64,000 nucleotides of DNA, taken from Eledone cirrhosa. Its lineage: Eukaryota. The stretch covers positions 350,238,001-350,302,000 of the forward strand of contig OZ024743.1 of the NCBI GenBank assembly GCA_964016885.1. Direction: 5' to 3'. The stretch's first letter is position 1, and each line of letters starts with the position of its first letter. Under the pieces are notes generated by a model. It ran no database searches. It worked only from the letters and a program-made list of their open reading frames with translations, and was not told the DNA's origin. Position numbers and translations under genes: made by a program. Shown piece after piece: positions 52,123 through 64,000 of the stretch.

Positions 52123-53625
52123 CTACATACATATATACATACATACATTTACCTATGTACATAGCTATGCATTTATACATCTATATATATAATGCGTTTA
52201 TATTTAAGTGTGTAAGGATGTTGACTTGATTTTTTTTTTTTTTTTTGGTAAGGAGAGAATTTTGCCTCCAGATTTTATTACCTAGGGAGATTAAATACCA
52301 CAGCTCTGGCTGAAAGCTGACCAGGTTCTCAACCTCATCAAACACCAACGCCGGCCTGTGTGTGTGCATATATATATATATGTGTATGTATGTATGTATG
52401 TATGTATGTATGTATGTATGCATGTATGTATGCATGAACGTATGCATTGCTTCTTTTTCTTGTCGTTTCTGTTGTTCTTGTAACTGTTGTAAAAGTTGAC
52501 GTTGTCCTTATTTTCATTTTCTTGGATTTCTTTCGTTTTTCTTTTATCTCCCTAGGGAATTCATTGACAAACTTCTTTTATTTATTTTCTTCGTTTTCTT
52601 CATTCAAATGAATTCACACTGGCTGTCTCAGAGACGTACAAATATGGCTTATAAAACTTACCTAAGTAAATAGCCTAGCCCCCCCCCCCCCCTGCTCCAA
52701 AACACCCCATGAGGCTCCGAAAAGCCCCACCCGGGGGGTATATGCCCCCCGTTGAGAACCTTTGGCCTAGATAATCACTTCTTAAAGTACCTTATCACTG
52801 CTCCCCATGGTCCACAATGTTAACACAACTTACAATTTTATTAACCATCATTCTGTCCAAAACCGTACACGAACAACGCCCTTGGAACAATATCACTCCC
52901 TAGTAATAAATGTTTTTCTTCTCTTTCAAATCCTAATCAACGCTGCCTGCTTTTATCCATGGGTGTTATCGAGAAAATGTATATAATACTTTATCTTTAT
53001 ATTTGTTTCATACGTCTTTTTACATACGATTTCATCTTATGTTAAATAAGATGTGTGCGCGCGAGCATAACACTTTGATAAGGTGTTGCTTTTTTTTAAT
53101 ACGTTTATATATCATTTGTGTACGAATGGAATCATGCCACCTGGTATCGCAGATTCTATTGTCCGTGTATTTGAATGCGTATGTGGGCTTTTCTACCTAT
53201 TTGCCAATACTGGTGTTATCCAGCTTATCGATACGACCACAAGTACGGCCAAGAACAATATCACCTTGTTTCCTTAAATTGTCGATATTTTTCTAATCCT
53301 AACTCTCCGCACCCTTATCGCTCTTATTCTCTCTATATTCAACCCTTTCCAAAATTCACTCATTCTCCCCCCCCCCCTCCCCCTCTCTCGCTCTCTCAAA
53401 AACACACACTTACACACACATGCTTTCTCTCTTTCTCATTACTTTTCTCTATTCAGGCACTTGTATCTCATACACACACAAGTAATAGCTGTATCTAAAA
53501 CTGTTATGGTCTAAGGACAAAGAATATCTTTTCTCAAGCTCCACGAAGAACGAGTTATTCGAAACATAGGAAACTCCTCTTCAAACAGGCGAATTCAAGA
53601 ACCTTTACACCTTTAAATATGAAAA

Positions 53626-53792
<167 letters not shown>

Positions 53793-54083
53793 ACCAATAG
53801 GTGAACAGATGACTCAGAGGCGGGTGAGCAATGTCGCAGCATGCTACTACATCCGTCTCCGTGTCAAAAACATAGCACACACTTTTTTCTCTCTGTTTTT
53901 TCTTTGCTTGTTTCCTTAAAGCTTACGATCATTCCGTTTGTATACATACATCTATTACGCAATTTACACCTGATGAGGTCACCGGGTTCTTATGCAACCT
54001 AGCCACTGACATGTGCATAGTGTTTGCAGTAATAAAGAATTAAGGAAATTCAACATATTAGGCCTCCTGTCATTTCACTTTAT

Positions 54084-54118
<35 letters not shown>

Positions 54119-55137
54119 GGAGAGACAGACAGACAGAGAGAGAGAGAGAGTTCAAGGAGACAACAAACAGAGGTACAAAACCTCTTATTAGTTTTACGCG
54201 TTAGGGGAAAGAAAGTTCGAAGTGTCAGGCTTTAGTACCAAAATATACATACAAATTTCAAAGTAACTTCATAATAACTAATTTCTCCCAATAGAATTAA
54301 TGCTGCAATACAATTTGTATTTGGTGTAGTATAATGCTGAAACTGATATTTTTCCGTAATTAATACAAGATGCTATTACACCTATAATTATCTTCCTTGC
54401 AATGGGAAAGTTAAACAAACTTATTCACTGGGTACATTTTGGTAGAAATTTCAAATGTAAGTAATCATGTTCCATTCAATTATAGCGTTATAAGCGCGAG
54501 TAGTATTTTTTGAACATTTGAACATTTGAACATTTCTGAAATGACGTAACTGTCTTTTTTATAAGAAGTGTGAAAATGGTAAAGTTTTATTAATGATTTC
54601 ATACAAATAATATACAGTTATAATCCATTATTCCTGACAAAGGACATCCGGCTCTTATTTAATTATTGTTCAAATTCTTAATTGGGACAGATAAAATGCG
54701 GAAATTTTACAGGAAAGTTAATTGTGTCTCGTGCATTTGTTGGTTATCATTTTAACTCTCATCCATTAACATTGGATACACTTGGTAATTAATAATCACG
54801 ATTTCTCACCTTAATTGTTACGATCAAGTATATCTGTGCCAATGCATCAGCATAAAATGCATTTATTGAATAACCAATATGTCACACGAAGTTATTTTTA
54901 TGTTTTTGCATCAATTTATGAAGAAAACGGTCAAAGGTGAATTCTAATTACAAATAAATGATTCAATTTAAGTTACATTATTGATTTCTTTATTCATATG
55001 AATAAAAACGTTAGTGAATTTTAAGTTCATTTCATTCAATGCTTCTCATTATTATTCCTATCCAACCGTTTTTTCTATTTATTAAAAGGATATAATATCC
55101 TGTCCAACTCCGGTGTCTCAGATAGTTCATATATATA

Positions 55138-55181
<44 letters not shown>

Positions 55182-55708
55182 TGTGTGTGTGCGTGCGTAC
55201 ACAGACGGAGAGAGGGAGAGAGAGATAAAGAGATAGAGGGGGCACGGAGAGAGAGATGGGGAGGCTATGCTTCACAGGAACATGTGGCAGAGTACGCTTG
55301 GAAGCATTCGAAGACAAATGCAAGATCGCATCCTGTTGCCTTGCACAAGGATACTGAGAAAGGATAACGCAGGAGAAGCTGGTACCAGATAGCTGAGAGT
55401 CCCCAATTATTGCAATGTAGAGGCATACCTGAAAAGATATTTCCAAGTCATAGAGCTATAAAAACAATTGTAACACAATATGGCATGGTCTGAGTTTGGG
55501 AGAGCAATATCGAAGGAGTTCTTGGAAGAAGTTACATGAAATATGAAGAAGTAAAGGAGTCGTATGATGATCGGTTATGGTGGTATACATTACTTCCATT
55601 TGATATGAGATGTAGTGGATATTTGGCAAGATTCATCATGTTCTATCTGGCTGGCATTGAACGGAGAGTAGTGAGGTGATTCAAGTTTCATTATCGATAT
55701 GGCAAAAG

Positions 55709-55892
55709 GGCGGTGGATTGGCAGTATCGGTGGAGGGTCGGACGCCATGCTTTCCAGCATAGTTACGTCCCTTTACGATCTGAGTTCAAATCCCGCCGAG
55801 GTTGACTTTGCCTTTCATCCTTACGGGGTCGATAAAATAAAGTACCAGTAACGCACTGGGTAATTGCTGGCCTTGTGCCTAAAGTAGAAACA
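55709..55892 (+). mobile_element. tRNA-derived SINE (family A), young, 19-bp TSD
   Basis: Perfect TSD attatcgatatggcaaaag at 55690 and 55893. Confidence 0.93.
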
Positions 55893-55998
55893 ATTATCGA
55901 TATGGCAAAAGCATTTAAGGGGAAGATACATACATACATACATACATACATACATACATACATACATACATACATACATACATACATACATACATACA

Positions 55999-56826
55999 TT
56001 GAGGCGTAAAACACAGACCATAGAGGGGATAAACCACTCAAAAAGCCTGGCATGGAGTTCCGACAAGTTTATGACATCACACCTTGAGGGATATCTCTAT
56101 GCAATACAGGAACAAGAACTCCCTACCAAATATCTGCTGCACAAAAGAGGAGGGCCAGCAGCTGACAATAAATGTAGGCTATGTAAAACAAAGATCGAGG
56201 ATGTAAGCCACATTGTTGCCAGCTGCGAAAGAATGTCATCTCGCTACTACCTCCCCATGAGACACGATGGGATAGCTAGAACTATCTGGAACGCACTTCG
56301 GAAAACAAAATTAACAACAAACGAGGAAGAATATATTGAGACAGATGGCACTAAGGAATACTGGCGGAACCTGAAAATAAAAACTGCCACCAAATTAAAG
56401 CACAACCGGCCTGATATTGTAGTTTGGGACCACACATTGAAAACGTGTTCTGTTGTGGAGATCAGCTGCCCACTTGATGTAAACGTTGTCAGAAAAATAC
56501 AGGAGAAGGAGGACATCTACGGACCATTGATGAGGAGCTTACAAATCCAGTATCCAAGATACACCTTTAGCTTCATACCCATCATTATTGGTGCTACGGG
56601 TTATATACCAACCCGCTTGGACCAAAGTATGACCGAACTTGGATTTGCGGACAAAAAGCGCAGCTCCCTAATTCATAGTCTACAAATGGCTGCGATAGCT
56701 GGCACCTTCAAAATATGCAAAACATTCTTGCGATTCAAGGGATGACAATTTCTTTTCTTTTACAACCTTGCCACCAGGAAGGTGGCCGGTCAAAAAAATA
56801 TACTCGAAATTAAGAGAAAGAGAAAA
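55999..56826 (+). mobile_element. 5'-truncated R4/Dong-like RLE LINE
   Basis: AIQEQ, CRLC..EDVSHIVASC, RHD, HNRPDIVVWD, VEISCP, K..IY; flanked by (CATA)n. Confidence 0.88.
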
Positions 56827-56880
56827 CATACATACATACATACATACATACATACATACATACATACATACATACATACA

Positions 56881-57662
56881 TGATGGCTGCAAACTCTGCC
56901 AAGAGTATTGCAATCGCTTGTCAGATTTAAAAGTGTGATGCTTGGATATGGCTTTTCAAGCCTGCTATAGACTTGCACTCCTTCACACACTGACGACAAC
57001 TATGGATCTCCCTGGCTTAAGGTCCTGCATCAGGTTGCCCGTGAACCCTCACAACATGGTGGAGATCATAGTTCACTGGGTCTCTTTGAACAAGGCTGCG
57101 ACTCTGGCTCCTGAGACCAGATTTGCTCAAGCAAATTTTTCCACACTCAGGGCACTTCAATTCAATGGCGACACCGATCGTTTCGAGAGATACACCAGGG
57201 CATTGCTTACACACATCCTGTTTGATCTTTTCGTGCTCTATGCGTCTGTCCTCAAAATTATGGACCCCATCATTCACCATTCCACGCCAAGTTTCTCTTT
57301 CAAGAGCTCCTATCTCCCAGTCAGCCATCATCAAACCAGTTTTTTTTCAATGAGTCCTTTACACAATCCTTGAATCGGAGCCTTGGCTTGTGCGGTGGTC
57401 TCTTACCCTCATAAAGCTCGCCATACAAGAGTTGTTTTGGAATTCGATCATCCTCCATTCTTCAGAGGTGTCCGGTGCATTGCAAACGCCGTTGGTGGAT
57501 GATACTCTCAATGCCCCGACACTTACTTCTCTCAATGACCTCAGCATCACTCACATGCATCTGCCACTTGATACCGAGTATCTTTCTGAAACACTGCTGG
57601 TGAATCAGTTCCAGTCTGAGGATATGCCGTTTGTAGGCAACCCATGCCAGTACACATGCAGC
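56881..57662 (-). mobile_element. RTE LINE 3' fragment with (TATG)n tail
   Basis: RRLQCTGHL, DDRIPKQLLYGEL, ERETWR, CPECGKICLSKSGL. Confidence 0.85.
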
Positions 57663-57724
57663 ATACATACATACATACATACATACATACATACATACAT
57701 ACATACATACATACATACATACAT

Positions 57725-60700
57725 AACGATCAGACGCATATTTTGTCGTGGGAGACTATTTATTCAATTTAAGATGAATACTATCTCCGACAGTAATGCC
57801 ACAACTACTGCCAGGTTGAATAACTGGTTATTCTTCTAACTATCCCTTCTGAAGACACCTTTTATTCAAATTGGTAGAGATATCCAACTAAATACATAAT
57901 TCATTTTACAAGGATTTGCTACAAACAGCATGGCTGAACACAACATCAACAAAAAAATTAAGGAAGTATCGAAGACAAATAACAAATAAGATAATCAAAC
58001 TTTATTCAGTTGTAGCTACAGAAGAAACCGAAATTATAAATCGCATTTCTCTTGGAGTTGCGAACTTAATAATGATTTATTTAATTGTTATAAAATGGCA
58101 AAAAACAATCCCTCCATTGGCTATATGAATAGAATGAAGCTACACTGGGACGAAATGCACCCAGAGCTAAATTATTTCACAGCGAAACAATTACGCCAAC
58201 AAGCGACGTTTGTTGAACGTAAAAATAAGATAAATATTATTAATTGTAAGTCCCCCACAACAAACACGGAATGAACAACACGTGCTACAGATCGCCATGC
58301 TACTAGACTTCCTAACAGCCAGGTCGAACAGCGCCTTGAAACAACTATGCCTGTAAAAAACTTGACACCACCTGTACCATCTAAGTCTACCACGAATGAT
58401 GGGGAAAACACTATCGATAATAATAATAATCGAAGAAATAATAATAATAATCGAATGAATGTGACACCACGTATACCATCCGGGTCTACCTCGACTGTTG
58501 TGAAAAATACTATCGATAATGATAATCAAAAGTATAAACAATTGAAAATTTCCCTCAACGAAATCTTACAGAGAGAAATTAAATCATGTATAAATATCTC
58601 TCTTGCTGAACGTGTTAAAATGACAATGGTGAATAAAAAACCAAATAATGAAATACTACGTGTTATTGACGAAATAGGGGATGAATATTTACGACGGATA
58701 AAAACCCCAACATTTTGGCAAATCAACGCCTGTTTATATGCCTTAGCAATGACAGTGAAGCATTATCTTGGTGATAGCAGAGATATTAACAAGAACAAAA
58801 CACCACCCAAAATACCATCATATATAACTAAAATAGAAAAAAAAGAGTGCTGACCTACGAAAAAACATAGGGCATGTGACAATGCTCCTTACATGCAAAC
58901 AAACACAAAAAAACCCTCACTCCTCACCAACAAAGAGTGAAAAATAAAATAGAGACGATGTTTGGTAACAGTAAAACCAGAACTCTCCAATATAAGCTGA
59001 TCACCCCCAAACAAGAATTGAGAGCTGTTAGCGAAAACGCCGATACCTGAAGAAGGTAGATGAGAGAAAAATGCTTAATAAAAGATTCAGACGAAACCAA
59101 ACATCAGTCTATAGAGATATGAAGGGCAAAATAATAAGTGTCAATGAGGCCCCATCCCAGAAAGACATAGATTCCTTTTGGAGAAAAATATGGGGTGAAA
59201 AGAAGAATTTCAACCAAGATGCAGTGTGGCTAAGAGAAATCCGAAAGCACGATTGCTCCTACACTACAACAAAAACATACGAAATAAGTGAGGGTTCCCT
59301 TGAGACTGTCATAGGAAAACTCCAAGATAAGAAAACACCAGGAAGAGACATGATTGTCGGCTACTGGTACAAAAAACTAATATTCTATCGGAGGTATCTT
59401 ACTGACCTCTACCAACAAGTTCTTAAGGGAGATACACTTATACCAGAATGGTTGACATTAGCACAAACGTTACTGGTCCCCAAGAACAAAGAGACCCACT
59501 TGGCAAAAAAACTACCGACCCATTGCATGCAAGAACCTGATGTATAAGATGTATACAGCCTGCCTGAACCTATTCCTCCAAGATCACTGTAAAAATAATA
59601 ACATCATCACAGATGAACAAGCAGCTGGAAAGAAAAGGGTTTGGGGATGTGCTGAACAACTCTTAATCAACAAAACTGCGATGTCGGAGGTGCGACAACT
59701 TAGGAAGAATATGACTACAGTCTGACTGGACTACAAGAAAGCTTTCGATTCTGTTCCCCACTCTTGGATGATAGACGCCCTCCAACTTGCTAAAGTCCCA
59801 GACATTATTGCCAGAGCCATAGAGAGGCTGTCTTCTTCTTGGGCTACTATCCTAAGGTTAAAGACAGAGAGGGAGGACTCTATTTTCACTGATAAAATAA
59901 AATATTACAGGGGTATATTTCAGGGGGACAGTCTCTCTGTGATATTGTTCATCTTGTCATTAAACCCCTTGTCCTTTCTGCTCAAGAAATGTGAGGGATA
60001 CATCATTGGCTCACGGGAGGACAGAAATACAAACCTAACCCATAACTTCTTTGTGGGCGATCTGAAACTCTATGCCAAGAACATGGATGGGATGAAGAAA
60101 AATCTTGACCTGGTTTCAACGTTCTCAAAGGATATAGGAATGGAGTTTGGCCAATATAAATGCCCATACATGACTGTGAAGCGGGGAAAAACAACAACCC
60201 AATCTAGCAACATTGTCATCAATGGTCTAATTGTTTCACCGATATCTGATGGGGACTGCTACAGATACCTGGGGATAGATGAGAACATATCCTATAATGG
60301 TATCTGTAATAAAGAACGCGTAACCAGGGAATACTACACCCGATTAAGAAAGATCTGGTCATCGGAACTCTCTCCGCAAAAAAAAACAGTGGCTCACAAT
60401 GTGTTTGCTGTGTCTGTCCTAACACCAACGTTTGGAATACTCAATTGGACGATAGACGAAATCCGAGCAGTTGATGTTGGAACTCGAAAAATACTGAACA
60501 ACACCGGAAACTTCCACATCAACAGTGACATAGACCGCCTTTAATTGAAACGTAAGCAGGGAGGCAGAGACCTAACATCAGTCCAGACAACTTTTAAATG
60601 TCGCATCATATCTCTCCGACATCTACGAACCTAGAAGCGTAGGAGCCCGCTTCTCGAGCAAGTCTATCTGCATGAAACAGATAAGATCATGAGAGTTGGG

Positions 60701-61827
60701 AAGGAACTCCTTGAGAGATATTCCCTGTGTGATAATCAAAAACTCACACCCAGGGATGCCGCTCAGCAGTATCGCAGTGAATCCATGGATGAAAAACTGC
60801 ATGCTTATCAGCAAAAAGTCATGCATGGATATGTTGCCAGGAAGCTCCAGAGTGAGAGTAATATAGATAAGGAAAGTAGTCTATCTTGGACCAACAACCG
60901 CTATATTGGCTCCCACTTTGAAGGATACGCTTTTGCAATCCAAGAACAGGAGATTAGCACGAAATACCTGATTCACAAAAGAGATAGGGATGCAGGCAAA
61001 ACACCTAGATGTGATAACAACTGCAGACTCTGCAGAACTAACATCGAGGATATTACCCATGTCATCAGCAGCTGTCCAAAGATGTCATCGCGGTACTATC
61101 TACCTATGAGGCATGATGTAGTGGCCAAAACACTGTACAATGCAGTTCGTAAAAAAGATAGCCCGATAATAAACACATTAAAAGCTACAACAATGTGGAA
61201 GACATCCATGTACATAATATGAAAGAGTACTGGTGGAATGTTCCAGTAAAAACCCCAATAAAATGCAGGCATAACAGACCAGATATGATATGGGACAGGG
61301 AGAAGAAAACATGCACAGTAGTGGAAATTAACTGCCCAGCAGATGCCAATATAATATCAAAGATTACTGAAAAGGAGAATATCTATGCAGAACTGATGAG
61401 AAATCTGCAGATACTCCACCCTGATTACACCTTCAGATTTATGCCTGTGATTATTGGGGCACTGGGATATGTTAGTAACAGCCTCAATACAAATCTTGAG
61501 AAGCTAGGCTTCACAGGAACAGAAAGAACACAACTAGTTAGGAAACTACAAGTACAATCCATTAATGGAACAGTAAAAATATGTAAAACATTCCAAAAAT
61601 GTTGCATCTAATAACATGTACAGATACAAAGCATATACACATGCACACATACAACTCAAAACATTCACATCCACACATACAATAACATCCATGTCTACAC
61701 ATGCATGCATACATACATATCTACCTAGTTAATGTTGTGTAAATTCCAATGAGAGAGTCTTGTGTCAATGTTAGAAACCGACTCTCTCTCTCTTGGTATA
61801 ACTTTGTGAAATTATAAAACCAGAAGC
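57725..61827 (+). mobile_element. R4/Dong-like RLE non-LTR retrotransposon, near full-length, frameshifted
   Basis: KTPGRD, DYKKAFDSVPH, GIFQGDSLS, FVGDLKLY, YRYLG, CRLC..HVISSC, RHD, HNRPD, VEINCP; (CATA)n on both sides. Confidence 0.92.
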
Positions 61828-61858
61828 ACATACATACATACATACATACATACATACA

Positions 61859-62245
61859 TGGTGGCTGCCAACTCGTTTTAGAGTACGGCCACTACTTTAT
61901 ATCCATGTAGGAGAACCCCTACCGATGCGCTGAACGAGTGTGACTTTTTAGTCCAGCCAGCTACTTGAAAACTCTGGTACAAACACTACACTTGTGACAA
62001 TTATTGATACATAGTGCTGGGCCCATGGTACCATGTGATGACAAGGGCAGAGAGATCTCCAGATATAAAGCAATGCCTGTGCCGTGAAGCTTTTATAGTG
62101 ATCAAAGGCACTGCACAAAGCCAGTCCCACTCTCTTAACCAAGATGATATTTACCAAAAAGAAGAACAAGTCAATATCATTGGATACCATCAGGGTTGCA
62201 GGTGTTATATCAGAGTTTTCCTTCTCCTAGAATTCTGCCTTGACA
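61859..62245 (-). mobile_element. Truncated RTE-derived non-autonomous element
   Basis: Reverse complement of about 35730-36115; (CATA)n on both sides. Confidence 0.75.
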
Positions 62246-62611
62246 AACATACATACATACATACATACATACATACAGACATACATACATCATACATGTA
62301 TATGGAAATACCGCTATTTTAAAACTCTCAATCTCTTAGAATCTTGTATTTTTTTATTAAGGCCTCGACAGTTCGTTTGAAAATCAAATTTCCTAAGTTC
62401 ATAATTTAATCGACGTTTCGTATACACTCAAAGCCAGTTTCATCAGCGGGTGTGTTGTTGAACTATTTTCACTGCCTTTTTTTTTGTAGACATAGGTATA
62501 TAATGTAGTTTTAAGAATTTCTGACTGGAAGTTTATATAAAATGCTAACACATGCCTCAAACAACACCGCCATTAAAATTACGTGAACTACACATGAAGT
62601 ATACTATCATC

Positions 62612-62965
62612 TGGTTGGCAGAATCGGTAGAGCGTCAGCCTTTTTAGCATAGAGTTATGGCCCTTTACGTTCAGCGTTCAAACCTGCCGAAGTTAGCTTT
62701 GCCTTTCATCCTTATGGGGTCGATAAAATAAAACACCAGTAATGCACTAGGGTAATTTCTGGCCTTGTGCCAAAAGTAGAAACAATTATTATTATTGTTG
62801 TTGTTGTTGTTGTTGTTTCTGAGTTCAAATCCCGCGGGGGGTTAGCTTTGCCTTTCATCCTCACGGGGTCGATAAATTAAAGCAGCAGTAATGCACTGGG
62901 GTCGATTTAATCGACTTTCTGCTGCCCCCAAATTGCCTGCCTTCTGCTTATAGTAGAAATCATTA
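62612..62965 (+). mobile_element. Two adjacent SINE copies
   Basis: Family A-type bodies at 62612-62790 and 62816-62965. Confidence 0.8.
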
Positions 62966-63563
62966 TTATTGTTGTCAGTAATTGATAGATGACCATAGAA
63001 ATTGTTTGAGATAATGTTAAATGAAAGTAACAATTCTTTGTTTAGCTAGAAATAAAAACTAACTGTAAATAAAAGGAAAAAATATTGTTTAAAATGGTAG
63101 ATTTCAACTTGAATTTGAAACTAATATTGATGACATTTCTATTGTCTTATATTATCGACTTTAATTTAAAGCGAAAATTATTGTCGCTTATACAAGAAGT
63201 TTACTCTTAACGTAATCTCTAACGTTATCTCTACCAGAGTTTCCGTTTGATGTAACTTATACCCTAAATTGAGAGAGTCATAACGTCTAACAGCTATTGA
63301 TGTTGTCCTAACTTCTATCTGAAGCAAACATTAAAATAACATTTGAATAGAAATCAAGTAGATGTAACTTTTATTAGGATTTCTGATATTTTTAGATTCT
63401 ACTTGAAGCTGTAAGTGCAATAAAATTATATGTGACGTTGAATTAGACGTAACTTTCGTCTTGAAGCAGATATTGGTGTACGCTATAATTAAAATAGCAA
63501 ATAATATAACTACTAGCTACATTTGAAAAGGTCTGTCTTCTTTCTGAAACTTACAACGATGTA

Positions 63564-63610
63564 CAGTTGTCCCCCGGTATCCTCGGGGGTTACGTTCCTG
63601 GAGCATGGCG
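63564..63610 (+). mobile_element. Tigger/pogo-like DNA transposon terminus
   Basis: TA|CAGTTGTCCCCCGGTATCCTCGGGGG..GTTCCTGGA resembles MER2/Tigger ends; other end not seen. Confidence 0.55.
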
Positions 63611-63786
63611 AAGAGTAAAAAAAAACGGGAATATTGGACGTGGTCCATGAAAATGCCTATAAACGTCAAAATATAACGTAAAATATAATAAAAGAGAGCG
63701 AGCGTCTTATCCGAAAAGGCGTCCAGTAGGCTGGCAAATACGGTATATTGTTATTAATAATTTAGCGTTAAAAAAATACATATATA

Positions 63787-63982
63787 TATTGTTTCTACTT
63801 TTGGCACAAGGCCAGCAATTATGCCAGTGCATTACTGGTACTTTATTTTTTATCGACCCCGTAAGGATGAAAGGCAAAGTTAACCTCGGCGGGATTTGAA
63901 CACAGAATGTAAAGGAACATAATTCTATGCCGCTAAGCATGTTGTCCGATGCTCTACAGATACTGCCAATCCACCGCCCTTG
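63787..63982 (-). mobile_element. tRNA-derived SINE (family A)
   Basis: Full head and tail of family A. Confidence 0.88.
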
Positions 63983-64000
63983 ATAAATATATATATATTG

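Noticed and set aside
62408-62450. CTGATGA...GAAACGTC on the minus strand
   Set aside because: Core words are present but stems I and II do not pair convincingly; at most a dead remnant.

Overview
AT-rich, microsatellite-dense animal genomic DNA. The tRNA-derived SINE families and repeat style suggest a cephalopod/octopus genome (inference). The one host gene lies on the minus strand from about 15.4 kb and runs off the left edge. It encodes a secreted or membrane mucin of MUC4/SUSD2/Mesh-type architecture: a signal peptide, a 5.7-kb Thr/Asp-rich repeat exon, NIDO and the start of AMOP. All seven exons have GT-AG sites and compatible phases. The rest is transposon-derived: Penelope-like elements (RT + GIY-YIG), a Tx1/L1-type LINE with a 17-bp TSD, R4/Dong-type RLE LINEs in (CATA)n, CRE and RTE remnants, non-autonomous Helitrons, hAT and Tigger ends, and SINEs. 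The main unannotated signal is a dense set of type-I hammerhead ribozyme (HHR) motifs from roughly ten sequence families. Several delimit non-coding 480-nt and 1007-nt partial-tandem or inverted units embedded in (TA)n, carry large structured insertions in stem II, have palindromic stem III, or use a CCGAAGA core variant.
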